A stretch of DNA of 64,000 bases from Escherichia coli (GTDB lineage Bacteria; Pseudomonadota; Gammaproteobacteria; Enterobacterales; Enterobacteriaceae), in the NCBI RefSeq assembly GCF_001677475.2, contig NZ_CP015229.1, one strand, 5' to 3'. Shown in pieces: positions 23,920 through 37,074 of this stretch; position 1 is the stretch's first letter, and each line of letters opens with the position of its first letter. The notes below the pieces were generated by a model. The model was given only the letters and a program-made list of their open reading frames with translations. It was not told the DNA's origin and ran no database searches. A program made the translations under genes and the position numbers.

Positions 23920-25056
23920 TTAACGACGACGCCCCAATTTCACCGCTTTCAGCACCACAAATTTATTATTCGTGGCAATAGTGGTGCAGTTGCCGAAAAT
24001 TTTCTTCAGTTTGTGGAAGTAATCCAGATGGCGGTTGGCAACGATATACAGCTCACCATTGATTTTCAGGCAGCGGCGGGCGTGGTGGAACATCTCCCAG
24101 GCGACGTTATCGGTCAGCGCATGTTGTTGATGAAACGGCGGGTTGCAGAGCACAGCATTAAAGCGAAAAGGCTCCACGCCGGAGAGCGCGTTGTTGATCA
24201 TAAACTCGCAGCGATCCAACGCCTCTGGCATGTTGGTTTCAACGTTCAAACGGCTGGAAGCAACCGCCATCGGTGATTCATCGACAAACACCACTTTCGC
24301 CTGCGGGTTTTTATCAAGCAATGTCAGGCCAATTACACCATTACCACAGCCGAGATCGACAATCTCACCTTCGAGATTCTCTGGCAGATGTTGCATAAAG
24401 AAGCGCGCGCCAATATCCAGCCCGGTGCGGGAGAAGACATTCGCATGGTTGTGGATAGTCCAGTCAGTACCTTCCAGTTTCCAGCTAACGGTCTGCGGCG
24501 CATCGGCCAGCGGCGGTTCATTGAATGTACAGTTAATCAGGCGCGCTTTTTTCCATGCCAGCGTGGTGGTGGTCGGGCCGAGTACTTTTTCGAACAGTTC
24601 CAGCGTGGAAGTGTGAATGTCACGGGCTTTGGCACCGGCAATAATACGTGTATCCGACGTGACCACTTTGCGCAGCGCACGCAGTTGCTGTTCCAGCAAT
24701 GCCAGTGTTTTCGGCACTTTGATCAGCACCACACCCGGCTGTTGCGGGTAGTCGGCGGTGCTGTCGAGAAACTTCACGCTCGACTCATCAATCCCGTTGA
24801 GGCGTAAATTCTCGCGCGTCGCCAGTTCACTGATGTATGAGTCGCCAATGCTGTACGGCTTATGTTCCGCCAGCGCACAACTTAACGCACCAAAGGCATC
24901 ATTCAGGATCAACACCGGGCCGCGGATTTCTGTGTCGTCCAACTGTTGCAGCAAATATTCATCCGCCGCTTCCCACGCCTGTAGCGGGTTAACGTCATCC
25001 GTCGCCGGAAAACGTTGTAGTGTCAGTGAACGGAAACCGTTGTCTAAGTGGCTCAT
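23920..25056 (-). CDS. rlmG: 23S rRNA m2G1835 methyltransferase
   Basis: ORF in track; matches K-12 RlmG (YgjO). Confidence 0.9.
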   Translation of the reverse strand: MSHLDNGFRSLTLQRFPATDDVNPLQAWEAADEYLLQQLDDTEIRGPVLILNDAFGALSCALAEHKPYSIGDSYISELATRENLRLNGIDESSVKFLDSTADYPQQPGVVLIKVPKTLALLEQQLRALRKVVTSDTRIIAGAKARDIHTSTLELFEKVLGPTTTTLAWKKARLINCTFNEPPLADAPQTVSWKLEGTDWTIHNHANVFSRTGLDIGARFFMQHLPENLEGEIVDLGCGNGVIGLTLLDKNPQAKVVFVDESPMAVASSRLNVETNMPEALDRCEFMINNALSGVEPFRFNAVLCNPPFHQQHALTDNVAWEMFHHARRCLKINGELYIVANRHLDYFHKLKKIFGNCTTIATNNKFVVLKAVKLGRRR

Positions 25057-25140
25057 CGGCCCTCCTGAATGATAAAATTTCGACGTTGCCCCTGAAAAGG
25101 GTGCGTGAGTATACCCTTTTTCTCTTTTTCGTGGGCGGTT

Positions 25141-25644
25141 ATGAGCAATCTTACTTATCTTCAGGGTTACCCCGAGCAGCTACTTTCCCAAGTGCGCACG
25201 CTGATTAATGAACAACGTCTGGGCGATGTGCTGGCAAAACGCTATCCGGGAACGCACGACTACGCCACCGATAAAGCCCTCTGGCAATATACCCAGGATC
25301 TGAAAAATCAGTTTCTGCGCAATGCCCCGCCGATCAATAAAGTGATGTATGACAACAAGATCCATGTGCTAAAAAACGCGCTCGGGTTACATACCGCTGT
25401 TTCTCGTGTGCAGGGCGGCAAGCTGAAAGCGAAAGCAGAGATCCGCGTCGCTACCGTGTTTCGCAACGCGCCGGAACCGTTTTTACGTATGATCGTCGTC
25501 CATGAACTGGCGCATCTGAAAGAGAAAGAGCACAACAAAGCGTTCTATCAATTGTGTTGCCATATGGAACCGCAGTACCACCAGCTTGAGTTTGACACCC
25601 GGCTGTGGCTAACGCAGTTGTCGCTTGAGCAGGACAAAATCTGA
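25141..25644 (+). CDS. ygjP: Metal-dependent hydrolase YgjP (HExxH motif); start set at MSNLTYLQ
   Basis: Track ORF 25105..25644; [14 protein letters not shown] motif. Confidence 0.8.
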   Translation: MSNLTYLQGYPEQLLSQVRTLINEQRLGDVLAKRYPGTHDYATDKALWQYTQDLKNQFLRNAPPINKVMYDNKIHVLKNALGLHTAVSRVQGGKLKAKAEIRVATVFRNAPEPFLRMIVVHELAHLKEKEHNKAFYQLCCHMEPQYHQLEFDTRLWLTQLSLEQDKI

Positions 25645-25710
25645 AAATGATGCCAGGCGTTATATTTTCAACCATTAACGCCTAAAATCGACGCCCCCTC
25701 TTTTCGGACC

Positions 25711-26403
25711 ATGCTGCGCGCATTTGCTCGCCTTCTTCGCCGCGTTTGTTTTTCTCGCCGGACTCTTAAAATTGCCTGTTTATTGTTGCTTGTGGCAGGA
25801 GCGACCATTTTTATCGCCGATCGCGCAATGGTCACCGCCAGCAAGCAGCTGACCTGGAGCGATATCAACGCCGTTCCGGCGCGTAACGTGGGTTTATTGC
25901 TGGGGGCGCGACCGGGTAATCGCTACTTTACCCGACGCATTGATACCGCAGCAGCGTTGTACCATGCCGGAAAAGTGAAATGGCTGCTGGTAAGTGGCGA
26001 TAACGGACGTAAAAATTACGATGAAGCATCAGGCATGCAGCAGGCTTTGATCGCTAAAGGCGTACCGGCGAAAGTGATCTTCTGCGACTATGCCGGATTC
26101 TCAACGCTTGATTCGGTAGTGCGTGCCAAAAAGGTGTTTGGGGAAAACCATATCACCATTATTTCGCAAGAATTTCATAACCAACGCGCCATCTGGCTGG
26201 CAAAGCAATACGGCATTGATGCCATCGGGTTTAACGCGCCAGACCTGAATATGAAGCACGGCTTTTATACTCAGCTACGGGAAAAACTCGCCAGAGTCAG
26301 TGCGGTGATTGACGCGAAAATCCTCCATCGCCAGCCGAAATATCTTGGGTCATCGGTCATGATTGGTCCGTTTAGTGAGCATGGCTGCCCGGCGAAAGAA
26401 TAA
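25711..26403 (+). CDS. ygjQ: DUF218-family membrane-anchored protein
   Basis: ORF in track; matches K-12 YgjQ. Confidence 0.8.
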   Translation: MLRAFARLLRRVCFSRRTLKIACLLLLVAGATIFIADRAMVTASKQLTWSDINAVPARNVGLLLGARPGNRYFTRRIDTAAALYHAGKVKWLLVSGDNGRKNYDEASGMQQALIAKGVPAKVIFCDYAGFSTLDSVVRAKKVFGENHITIISQEFHNQRAIWLAKQYGIDAIGFNAPDLNMKHGFYTQLREKLARVSAVIDAKILHRQPKYLGSSVMIGPFSEHGCPAKE

Positions 26404-26481
26404 TGCGTATCTGCGCACGTCGAAGATGAAAAAGGCGTGCTACATTGACGACAGAATCCCTTTATGGAGTATCCACGCGTT

Positions 26482-27468
26482 ATGATACGTTTCGCTGTGA
26501 TTGGCACGAACTGGATCACTCGTCAGTTCGTCGAGGCCGCCCATGAGAGCGGTAAATACAAGTTAACCGCCGTTTATTCCCGCAGCCTTGAACAGGCTCA
26601 GCACTTCGCCAATGATTTTTCTGTCGAGCATCTGTTTACATCGCTGGAAGCGATGACGGAAAGCGATGCCATTGACGCGGTGTATATTGCCAGCCCGAAT
26701 GCCCTGCACTTTTCCCAGACACAACTTTTCCTTAGCCATAAAATTCATGTGATTTGCGAGAAGCCGCTGGCGTCGAATCTGGCGGAAGTGGATGCCGCCA
26801 TTGCCTGCGCACGAGAAAATCAGGTGGTGCTGTTTGAGGCATTTAAAACCGCCAGCCTGCCGAACTTTCATCTGTTACGCCAGGTGCTGCCGAAAGTCGG
26901 CAAATTGCGTAAAGTCTTTTTCAACTACTGCCAGTATTCCTCGCGGTATCAGCGTTATCTGGACGGCGAGAATCCCAACACCTTTAACCCGGCGTTCTCT
27001 AACGGTTCAATCATGGATATCGGCTTTTACTGCCTGGCGTCGGCGGTGGCGTTATTTGGTGAACCGAAAAGCGTGCAGGCAACCGCCAGTTTGCTGGCAA
27101 GCGGCGTGGATGCCCACGGCGTGGTAGTGATGGATTACGGTGATTTCAGCGTTACGTTGCAGCACTCAAAGGTCAGCGATTCTGTGCTGGCAAGCGAGAT
27201 TCAAGGCGAAGCGGGATCGCTGGTGATTGAAAAACTTTCTGAATGCCAGAAAGTCTGCTTTGTGCCACGCGGCAGCCAGATGCAGGATCTCACCCAACCG
27301 CAGCATATTAATACCATGCTCTACGAAGCAGAGCTGTTCGCTACCCTGGTGGATGAGCATCTGGTGGATCATCCAGGGCTGGCGGTCAGTCGCATCACCG
27401 CCAAACTGCTGACCGAGATTCGCCGCCAGACTGGGGTGATTTTTCCGGCAGATAGCGTAAAACTATAA
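26482..27468 (+). CDS. ygjR: Gfo/Idh/MocA-family oxidoreductase; start set at MIRFAVIGTNW
   Basis: Track ORF 26464..27468; Rossmann N-terminus. Confidence 0.8.
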   Translation: MIRFAVIGTNWITRQFVEAAHESGKYKLTAVYSRSLEQAQHFANDFSVEHLFTSLEAMTESDAIDAVYIASPNALHFSQTQLFLSHKIHVICEKPLASNLAEVDAAIACARENQVVLFEAFKTASLPNFHLLRQVLPKVGKLRKVFFNYCQYSSRYQRYLDGENPNTFNPAFSNGSIMDIGFYCLASAVALFGEPKSVQATASLLASGVDAHGVVVMDYGDFSVTLQHSKVSDSVLASEIQGEAGSLVIEKLSECQKVCFVPRGSQMQDLTQPQHINTMLYEAELFATLVDEHLVDHPGLAVSRITAKLLTEIRRQTGVIFPADSVKL

Positions 27469-27540
27469 TTGCCAAAGTAAAACAGTGTAAAAGGTATGTA
27501 ACAGACCATTGACTGGCTGAATGGTCTGTCATACTTTGTT

Positions 27541-27751
27541 ACCTGCAAAGGGGAGTAACTTCATTGCCGGTCGATCGTCATTACGATGTGTGAAAAACCA
27601 CATCCGGTCACCGGGCAACCCGAAAGGAATACGCAGACGTATTCCTTTTTTGTTGTAAGTGAGACCTTGCCGGAAGGCGAGGTCTATGCATAAAAAGCAG
27701 CGGCTGACGTCTTCCGACGTTGGCCGTTTTTTTTATGTGTAAGGAACTTCT
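27541..27751 (+). ncRNA. alx 5' leader: yybP-ykoY-type (Mn-responsive / pH-responsive element) riboswitch with internal terminator-like hairpins
   Basis: AAAGGGGAGTAAC at ~27548 and GTGAGACC at ~27659; hairpin GGAATACG...CGTATTCC + T-run at ~27625-27652; sits directly upstream of alx. Confidence 0.5.
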
Positions 27752-28717
27752 ATGAATACTGTCGGCACGCCGTTGCTATGGGGCGGATTCGCTGTTGTTG
27801 TCGCCATTATGCTGGCTATCGACCTGTTGTTGCAGGGGCGTCGTGGGGCACATGCCATGACCATGAAACAGGCTGCGGCCTGGTCGCTGGTCTGGGTGAC
27901 GCTGTCGTTACTGTTTAACGCCGCTTTCTGGTGGTATCTGGTGCAGACACAGGGGCGCGAAGTCGCTGACCCGCAGGCGCTGGCCTTCCTCACGGGTTAT
28001 CTGATTGAGAAATCGCTGGCGGTCGATAACGTCTTCGTCTGGTTAATGTTGTTCAGCTATTTCTCTGTTCCGGCGGCATTACAGCGCCGCGTGCTGGTGT
28101 ATGGCGTGCTCGGGGCGATTGTTCTGCGTACCGTCATGATCTTCACCGGTAGCTGGCTGATTTCGCAGTTCGACTGGATCCTGTATATCTTCGGTGCCTT
28201 CCTGCTGTTTACCGGCGTGAAAATGGCGCTGGCCCATGAAGATGAATCAGGCATTGGCGACAAGCCGCTGGTGCGTTGGCTGCGCGGTCATTTGCGCATG
28301 ACCGACACCATAGACAACGAGCATTTCTTTGTGCGTAAGAATGGCTTGCTGTATGCCACGCCGCTGATGCTGGTGCTGATTCTGGTGGAATTGAGCGACG
28401 TGATTTTCGCCGTGGATAGCATCCCGGCTATCTTCGCCGTGACCACTGACCCGTTCATTGTGCTGACCTCAAACCTGTTTGCGATCCTCGGCCTGCGTGC
28501 GATGTATTTCCTGCTGGCGGGCGTAGCAGAGCGTTTCTCGATGCTCAAATATGGCCTGGCGGTGATTCTGGTGTTTATCGGTATCAAGATGCTGATTGTC
28601 GACTTCTACCATATTCCGATCGCCGTTTCGCTGGGCGTGGTGTTTGGCATTCTGGTGATGACATTTATTATCAACGCCTGGGTGAATTATCGGCATGATA
28701 AGCAGCGGGGAGAATGA
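27752..28717 (+). CDS. alx: TerC-family inner-membrane protein Alx
   Basis: ORF in track; matches K-12 Alx (YgjT). Confidence 0.9.
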   Translation: MNTVGTPLLWGGFAVVVAIMLAIDLLLQGRRGAHAMTMKQAAAWSLVWVTLSLLFNAAFWWYLVQTQGREVADPQALAFLTGYLIEKSLAVDNVFVWLMLFSYFSVPAALQRRVLVYGVLGAIVLRTVMIFTGSWLISQFDWILYIFGAFLLFTGVKMALAHEDESGIGDKPLVRWLRGHLRMTDTIDNEHFFVRKNGLLYATPLMLVLILVELSDVIFAVDSIPAIFAVTTDPFIVLTSNLFAILGLRAMYFLLAGVAERFSMLKYGLAVILVFIGIKMLIVDFYHIPIAVSLGVVFGILVMTFIINAWVNYRHDKQRGE

Positions 28718-28825
28718 TTCGCTGTATATTAAGCCATTACTAGAGATAACTCATTCCAGACAAAGGTGAGCTATTAATTATGTAATCGGCTTATAGCTCT
28801 TTACAAAAAGACCGCACTGGTGTTG

Positions 28826-29040
28826 GTGGCGTCAAAATCGCCGAAGCGTTCCCTGGAGGCCGGGGCGACGCGCATGGATGCGCGGCGAGGGCGCATCTTA
28901 CAGGGACGTTCCCTTGCGCCCGACCCGGTAGCCGCAAGGGATAAGCTGAGGGAACCGCGCAGCGGCGATTTTGTTCGCCAGAGCCTGGGGGTGCAGGGGG
29001 CGGCGGCGATTGGCCGCCCCCTGCGCGCTCCCTGCGCCAG
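28826..29040. other. GC-rich structured intergenic element: ~30-bp imperfect inverted repeat flanking ~90 bp, then a perfect 11-bp-stem hairpin; unclassified
   Basis: GTCAAAATCGCCGAAGCGTTCCCTGG (28831-28856) pairs with GAGGGAACCGCGCAGCGGCGATTTTG (28947-28973); CAGGGGGCGGC...GCCGCCCCCTG at 28994-29023. Confidence 0.3.
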
Positions 29041-29332
29041 TGACTTTATATGGCATAGCACATTAAAGGAGCGCAACCGTTCTCATATTCCAAATAGTTT
29101 TGCCCATATGTTATCTAATCAGCCTTAGTAGCCAGTCCTTCCCTCTGTTTATGTCAAATAAATGTAACCATTAAGTTGCAAAATATGACCTCTCTTTAAA
29201 ATCCAGCATTTTTCGCTTCCCGAAGCTGTAACTTTCCTTATACTCGACCTTGCAAACACTTTGTTACATCCTGAAAGATGCGTCGACAGAACGCACCAGG
29301 GATGTGCGACAACACAATGAAAGGATCGAAAA

Positions 29333-30577
29333 ATGACTACGCAACGTTCACCGGGGCTATTCCGGCGTCTGGCTCATGGCAGCCTGGTAAAACAAATCCT
29401 GGTCGGCCTTGTTCTGGGGATTCTTCTGGCATGGATCTCAAAACCCGCGGCGGAAGCTGTTGGTCTGTTAGGTACTTTGTTCGTCGGCGCACTGAAAGCC
29501 GTTGCCCCCATCCTGGTGTTGATGCTGGTGATGGCATCTATTGCTAACCACCAGCACGGGCAGAAAACCAATATCCGCCCTATTTTGTTCCTCTATCTGC
29601 TGGGTACCTTCTCTGCTGCTCTGGCCGCAGTCGTTTTCAGCTTCGCCTTCCCTTCTACCCTGCACTTGTCCAGTAGCGCGGGTGATATTTCGCCGCCGTC
29701 AGGCATTGTCGAAGTGATGCGCGGGCTGGTAATGAGCATGGTTTCCAACCCCATCGACGCGCTGCTGAAAGGTAACTACATCGGGATCCTGGTGTGGGCA
29801 ATTGGCCTCGGTTTCGCACTGCGTCACGGTAACGAGACCACCAAAAACCTGGTCAACGATATGTCGAATGCCGTCACCTTTATGGTGAAACTGGTCATTC
29901 GCTTCGCACCGATCGGTATTTTTGGGCTGGTATCTTCTACCCTGGCAACCACCGGTTTCTCCACACTGTGGGGCTACGCGCAACTGTTGGTCGTGCTGGT
30001 TGGCTGTATGTTACTGGTGGCGCTGGTGGTTAACCCATTGCTGGTGTGGTGGAAAATTCGTCGTAACCCGTTCCCGCTGGTGCTGCTGTGCCTGCGCGAA
30101 AGCGGCGTGTACTCCTTCTTCACCCGCAGCTCTGCGGCGAACATTCCGGTGAATATGGCGCTGTGCGAAAAGCTGAATCTGGATCGCGATACCTATTCCG
30201 TTTCTATTCCGCTGGGAGCCACCATCAATATGGCGGGCGCAGCAATCACCATTACGGTGTTGACGCTTGCTGCGGTTAATACGCTGGGTATTCCGGTCGA
30301 TCTGCCTACGGCGCTGCTGTTGAGCGTAGTGGCTTCCCTGTGTGCCTGTGGTGCCTCCGGCGTGGCGGGGGGGTCTCTGCTGCTGATCCCACTGGCCTGT
30401 AATATGTTCGGTATTTCGAACGATATCGCCATGCAGGTGGTTGCCGTCGGCTTTATCATCGGCGTATTGCAGGACTCTTGCGAAACCGCGCTGAACTCTT
30501 CAACTGACGTGCTATTCACTGCGGCAGCTTGCCAGGCAGAAGACGATCGTCTGGCAAATAGCGCCCTGCGTAATTAA
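29333..30577 (+). CDS. sstT: Serine/threonine:sodium symporter
   Basis: ORF in track; matches K-12 SstT. Confidence 0.9.
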   Translation: MTTQRSPGLFRRLAHGSLVKQILVGLVLGILLAWISKPAAEAVGLLGTLFVGALKAVAPILVLMLVMASIANHQHGQKTNIRPILFLYLLGTFSAALAAVVFSFAFPSTLHLSSSAGDISPPSGIVEVMRGLVMSMVSNPIDALLKGNYIGILVWAIGLGFALRHGNETTKNLVNDMSNAVTFMVKLVIRFAPIGIFGLVSSTLATTGFSTLWGYAQLLVVLVGCMLLVALVVNPLLVWWKIRRNPFPLVLLCLRESGVYSFFTRSSAANIPVNMALCEKLNLDRDTYSVSIPLGATINMAGAAITITVLTLAAVNTLGIPVDLPTALLLSVVASLCACGASGVAGGSLLLIPLACNMFGISNDIAMQVVAVGFIIGVLQDSCETALNSSTDVLFTAAACQAEDDRLANSALRN

Positions 30578-30581
30578 TTGT

Positions 30582-31133
30582 TTAACCCCTTTCGTCTACG
30601 GCGGAAGGGGTTTTCTCCACTTTAAACGGATCAATTCCCCTTTTCTGCATCCGCCAGAAACGAATGATATTCAGGCCATTCATTAGCAGAAAACTGCCCT
30701 CAATCATCGTGCCGCCAATCGACCCCGCCCAGAAGTTGTGAATCACCCAGCAACACGTTGAAAACCACATCACGCAGCGCATGGTCAGCCCTTTACAGCG
30801 GAACAGCGCCCAGGTACTGACAATCGTGCCAATAACCGGCAATAGTTCAACAGGATGATGGAACTTCGCCAGGCCGATTCCGCCAGTCAGCACAATAAAT
30901 ATCGCCATTACCCATAAGCTGCGCGTGCGTAAGGTAATCAACGTACGAATAGCATTAAGGATGGCACTGGCACCGGCAGGATAAGTGCCCAGGAGGAAAA
31001 AATGCACGCCAATAACGGCGCTATAGACCGAAAGCTGCTTTTTGAAGCGACGTTCGTCACGGTTAAAAAATGTAGTGATACCAATCAGAAAGGCGATGAC
31101 ACCCACGCCCTGGGCCAGCCAATACGCGGTCAT
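30582..31133 (-). CDS. ygjV: Inner-membrane protein YgjV
   Basis: ORF in track; hydrophobic. Confidence 0.8.
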   Translation of the reverse strand: MTAYWLAQGVGVIAFLIGITTFFNRDERRFKKQLSVYSAVIGVHFFLLGTYPAGASAILNAIRTLITLRTRSLWVMAIFIVLTGGIGLAKFHHPVELLPVIGTIVSTWALFRCKGLTMRCVMWFSTCCWVIHNFWAGSIGGTMIEGSFLLMNGLNIIRFWRMQKRGIDPFKVEKTPSAVDERG

Positions 31134-31215
31134 GATAAATCCTTAACAGGTATGGAAAAGCAAACGGCGCTTCACATTATGAAACGCCGTTTTTTATTAA
31201 CAACTCATTTCGACT

Positions 31216-32703
31216 TTATAGCGTTACGCCGCTTTTGAAGATCGCCAGTTCGCGGAAGTCGTTACGCTCGTTACAGGTTTGCTTACCGTTGGCAAACTCA
31301 ACGATGGTATCGATAAATTCTTCCAGCAACTGCGGCATCGCTTTACCGTGGATCAGCTGACCTGCGTCAAAGTCGATCCAGTGTTTTTTCTTCGCCGCCA
31401 GTTCACTGTTGGTGGCGATTTTCACCGTCGGCACAAATCCACCATACGGCGTGCCACGACCAGTACTGAACAGCACCATATGGCAGCCCGCACCCGCCAG
31501 GGCGCTGGTCGCTACGGCATCGTTACCCGGTGCACTTAACAAGTTCAGCCCCGGCGTTTTCAGACGCTCGCCGTAACGCAGCACGTCAACCACGACACTG
31601 GAACCCGCTTTCTGGGTACAGCCAAGTGATTTGTCTTCCAGCGTGGTGATACCGCCCGCTTTGTTCCCCGGCGATGGGTTTTCGTAGATCGGCTGGTCAT
31701 GGGCAATAAAGTACTGTTTGAAGTCGTTGACCATAGTGACCAGTTTTTCAAACGTTGCTTCGTCGCGGCAATGATCCATCAGCAACTGCTCTGCGCCAAA
31801 CATCTCCGGCACTTCGGTCAGTACGGTAGTACCGCCGTTAGCAATCACGTAGTCAGAGAAACGCCCCAGCATCGGGTTAGCAGTAATACCAGAAAGACCG
31901 TCAGAACCACCGCACTCCAGACCAAACTTCAGTTCGCTGAGTTTGCCTGGCTCGCGTTTATCGTTGCGCATCACGTTATACAGCTGATGCAAATGCTCGA
32001 TCCCGGCCTCGATCTCATCATCCTGCTGTTGGCAGATCATGAAATGAACGCGTTCAGGATCGATATCGCCCAGCGTTTCACGGAATGCGGCAACCTGGTT
32101 GTTTTCACAGCCCAGACCAATCACCAGCACTGCGCCTGCGTTCGGGTGGCGCACCATGTTTTGCAGCATGGTGCGGGTATTAATATGATCGTCGCCCAGC
32201 TGTGAGCAGCCGTAGGTGTGGCTGAAGAGGAACACGCCATCGGTACCTTCGGCGTTGTTGGTCTCTTTCAGGAAACGATTTTGGATCTGCCGCGCGATGC
32301 CGTTGACACAGCCCACGGTTGGCAGGATCCACAGCTCATTACGCACCCCGACATCGCCGTTAGCGCGACGATAGATCTGCACTTCACGATCTGCCGCTTG
32401 CGCAGGCAGATCCTGAAAATCAGGTTGATAGCGATACTGATCCAGATCGCTCAGATTCGTGCGCGTATTGTGGGCGTGAACGTGTTCCCCCGCCGCAATA
32501 TCCGCCAATGCATAACCAATCGGCAGGCCATATTTGATGACGTTGGCCCCTTTTGCGATATCCGTTAACGCAAATTTATGTCCACGAGCAACATCCTGGC
32601 GCAGCGTAACAGTCTGGTTATCGACACTGACTTCTGTGCCTTCCGCCAAATCTGCTAAAGCGACCGCGACGTTATCCAGCGCATGGATCTTGATGTATTG
32701 CAT
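31216..32703 (-). CDS. uxaA: Altronate dehydratase
   Basis: ORF in track; matches K-12 UxaA. Confidence 0.9.
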   Translation of the reverse strand: MQYIKIHALDNVAVALADLAEGTEVSVDNQTVTLRQDVARGHKFALTDIAKGANVIKYGLPIGYALADIAAGEHVHAHNTRTNLSDLDQYRYQPDFQDLPAQAADREVQIYRRANGDVGVRNELWILPTVGCVNGIARQIQNRFLKETNNAEGTDGVFLFSHTYGCSQLGDDHINTRTMLQNMVRHPNAGAVLVIGLGCENNQVAAFRETLGDIDPERVHFMICQQQDDEIEAGIEHLHQLYNVMRNDKREPGKLSELKFGLECGGSDGLSGITANPMLGRFSDYVIANGGTTVLTEVPEMFGAEQLLMDHCRDEATFEKLVTMVNDFKQYFIAHDQPIYENPSPGNKAGGITTLEDKSLGCTQKAGSSVVVDVLRYGERLKTPGLNLLSAPGNDAVATSALAGAGCHMVLFSTGRGTPYGGFVPTVKIATNSELAAKKKHWIDFDAGQLIHGKAMPQLLEEFIDTIVEFANGKQTCNERNDFRELAIFKSGVTL

Positions 32704-32717
32704 ATCAACCCCAGACC

Positions 32718-34232
<1,515 letters not shown>

Positions 34233-34612
34233 TCAATAAACGTAGTTAAAAAAATTACTCTCAAAGTGGTAAATCTCGCTGCAGGCCGCGCCAGTACTGG
34301 CCTCGCTGTCGTCAGGTAATGTCCCTACAAATATTCGCACATTTGTGATGGCTCTCACCTTTTAAAGTTGTATGACAAGTTATCTTTCTGCCGTCGCAAA
34401 TCATAAGTCGACGGAATGCAAATTGCCGATTCATTCATTTGTTAGATGAATCGGGTTAACCGGTACGGAAGCCGAATTAGCACGAAACTTTCATGGCAAC
34501 GTTCGGGGCGTGCCGGTTTTTTTTCGGTTACCCGGTCGTAACTAACATCTTCAGCCTCTGGCGGGATGATTGCCGCGCTTCCTGCGGATATAACAAAACG
34601 ATGAGGTTTTAC

Positions 34613-35911
34613 ATGCGTAAAATTAAAGGGTTACGTTGGTATATGATCGCACTGGTGACGCTCGGCACCGTGCTTGGTTACCTGACGCGTAACACTGTGG
34701 CGGCAGCTGCGCCAACTCTGATGGAAGAGTTAAACATCTCCACCCAACAGTATTCCTATATCATCGCAGCGTATTCTGCTGCTTATACGGTCATGCAACC
34801 GGTAGCGGGCTATGTACTGGATGTGCTGGGTACGAAAATCGGTTATGCAATGTTTGCTGTACTGTGGGCCGTGTTCTGTGGTGCAACCGCGCTGGCAGGT
34901 AGCTGGGGCGGCTTGGCTGTTGCTCGTGGTGCGGTCGGTGCCGCGGAAGCAGCGATGATCCCGGCGGGTCTGAAAGCCAGCTCCGAATGGTTCCCGGCGA
35001 AAGAGCGTTCCATCGCAGTAGGCTACTTTAACGTAGGTTCTTCGATTGGTGCGATGATTGCGCCGCCGCTGGTGGTATGGGCAATCGTGATGCACAGCTG
35101 GCAGATGGCATTTATCATCTCCGGTGCATTGAGCTTTATCTGGGCGATGGCATGGCTGATTTTCTATAAACATCCGCGCGACCAGAAGCATCTGACCGAT
35201 GAAGAACGCGACTATATTATTAATGGTCAGGAAGCCCAGCACCAGGTGAGTACGGCGAAGAAAATGTCCGTTGGTCAGATCCTGCGTAACCGTCAGTTCT
35301 GGGGTATCGCGCTGCCGCGTTTCCTGGCTGAACCGGCGTGGGGGACTTTCAACGCGTGGATCCCGCTGTTCATGTTTAAAGTTTACGGCTTTAACCTGAA
35401 AGAGATCGCGATGTTCGCCTGGATGCCGATGCTGTTTGCTGACCTCGGTTGTATCCTCGGTGGTTACCTGCCGCCGCTGTTCCAGCGTTGGTTTGGCGTA
35501 AACCTGATCGTCTCTCGTAAGATGGTCGTAACGCTGGGTGCGGTGCTGATGATTGGCCCAGGTATGATCGGTCTGTTCACCAACCCATATGTAGCGATTA
35601 TGCTGCTGTGTATTGGTGGTTTTGCTCACCAGGCACTGTCTGGCGCACTGATTACGCTCTCTTCTGACGTGTTCGGTCGTAATGAAGTCGCAACGGCAAA
35701 CGGTCTGACCGGGATGTCCGCATGGCTGGCAAGTACGCTGTTTGCGCTGGTTGTTGGTGCTCTGGCTGACACCATCGGCTTCAGCCCGCTGTTCGCAGTG
35801 CTGGCAGTGTTCGACCTGTTAGGCGCGCTGGTTATCTGGACGGTATTGCAGAACAAACCGGCGATTGAGGTGGCGCAGGAAACACATAACGATCCCGCCC
35901 CGCAACATTAA
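34613..35911 (+). CDS. exuT: Hexuronate transporter (MFS); start set at MRKIKGLRWYMIALV
   Basis: Track ORF 34493..35911; in-frame ATG at 34613. Confidence 0.9.
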   Translation: MRKIKGLRWYMIALVTLGTVLGYLTRNTVAAAAPTLMEELNISTQQYSYIIAAYSAAYTVMQPVAGYVLDVLGTKIGYAMFAVLWAVFCGATALAGSWGGLAVARGAVGAAEAAMIPAGLKASSEWFPAKERSIAVGYFNVGSSIGAMIAPPLVVWAIVMHSWQMAFIISGALSFIWAMAWLIFYKHPRDQKHLTDEERDYIINGQEAQHQVSTAKKMSVGQILRNRQFWGIALPRFLAEPAWGTFNAWIPLFMFKVYGFNLKEIAMFAWMPMLFADLGCILGGYLPPLFQRWFGVNLIVSRKMVVTLGAVLMIGPGMIGLFTNPYVAIMLLCIGGFAHQALSGALITLSSDVFGRNEVATANGLTGMSAWLASTLFALVVGALADTIGFSPLFAVLAVFDLLGALVIWTVLQNKPAIEVAQETHNDPAPQH

Positions 35912-35988
35912 CGCTTAGCGTGAGTTTTAATGTCGAAGCCGCCTGTTCAGGCGGCTTCGTTGTTTATGCGTTTGCCCGGCCTATAGGG

Positions 35989-37074
35989 TTAATTGATGGT
36001 TGGTAGAGATGGAGTAAAAATTACCGATAGTTTCCCCATGTAATACCCGGCCTGTTTATCCATCACGCTAAATTTATCGACCGCCAGGGTTAATGGCGTC
36101 GGCACACACATGACAGCGTAACGAATTCCTGGCAGCACAACCGGACGAACGCGCTTCAGGTTGATGCTGTTCCAGACCATATTTTCATTGTTGCGAACAT
36201 CAATTTGCCCGCCCGTTTCCGGGTTATACATTTTTACCCGATAATCAATGCGTTCTGAGGCATCTGTCGATGTTCCTCCCTGACGATAGATCGAGAAGTC
36301 GCCATCTCTTCGTCCGGCAGCCGGGCGACCTTCATCTTTAAGCTGGATTTCATAACTGATAGCGTTGCCGTTAAAACCATCGTACAGGCACATATCCAGC
36401 GTGGTCAGATCCTGAGCATAGTTACTGCCATTGACGCTCCCCGTCGGGTGTAGATCCAACTGTACCCGTGGCGTGGCGTGGGCAAACTCAGGAAAGAAGA
36501 TATCGATATGGTTGGGATCGAGCGTATTAAGCGTGATATCCGCAACATAATCTGTTCCAGGAGTGGAAAAACGTAATTTAGCAGAACCTTCCCAGACGCC
36601 GCCGATTGGTAATTTTTTCATTTCGGCTTGTTCAAGATACAGGGTTACCGGCTTTGCAGTGGCAAGATGTTGAACATTATCATTACCCTTGCAGTAATAG
36701 CCATTACCATCAGTCAAATTCAGTTGCTTGCTCCATCCCTTGCATGGCCCTTCATCCCAGACTTCTGCGTTCATATAGCCCGTCAGTTTCACAGGCCAAC
36801 GCATACCGCTGCGCTTTTCAGTCAAGTAAATCTGCACTTTTGTCGTGTTTCCAGATGATGTGCAGGTCTGCTGCATATCAGAGAAGTTGCACTGATACCA
36901 TGCCCATGTAGTGTTGTAGTTGTACGCCGGTGGGGCTTCTTTGTTCCAGAAATAGTAATTCGCCCTCCCCGTCGCCAAATCGTAAGTTACATCCGCCGTA
37001 ACATTTTGGGCTGCCTGAACACCCGCAACCGAGCCCCAAAAGCAAAATAGTATGGCAATCAATCGCTTTCTCAT
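35989..37074 (-). CDS. Class-5 fimbrial minor/tip adhesin (CfaE/CooD-like), 361 aa, signal peptide
   Basis: Last gene of a four-gene chaperone-pilin-usher-adhesin operon; start overlaps usher stop (ATGA); size and position as for CfaE. Confidence 0.55.
   Translation of the reverse strand: MRKRLIAILFCFWGSVAGVQAAQNVTADVTYDLATGRANYYFWNKEAPPAYNYNTTWAWYQCNFSDMQQTCTSSGNTTKVQIYLTEKRSGMRWPVKLTGYMNAEVWDEGPCKGWSKQLNLTDGNGYYCKGNDNVQHLATAKPVTLYLEQAEMKKLPIGGVWEGSAKLRFSTPGTDYVADITLNTLDPNHIDIFFPEFAHATPRVQLDLHPTGSVNGSNYAQDLTTLDMCLYDGFNGNAISYEIQLKDEGRPAAGRRDGDFSIYRQGGTSTDASERIDYRVKMYNPETGGQIDVRNNENMVWNSINLKRVRPVVLPGIRYAVMCVPTPLTLAVDKFSVMDKQAGYYMGKLSVIFTPSLPTIN

Noticed and set aside
28801-29128. ORFs 28801..29076 (minus) and 28820..29128 (plus) in the alx-sstT spacer
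   Set aside because: They coincide with the GC-rich inverted-repeat element, have Arg/Ala/Pro-rich low-complexity translations and no RBS; more likely non-coding.
34730-35629. 299-aa minus-strand ORF inside exuT
   Set aside because: Antisense shadow ORF of a GC-rich MFS transporter gene.
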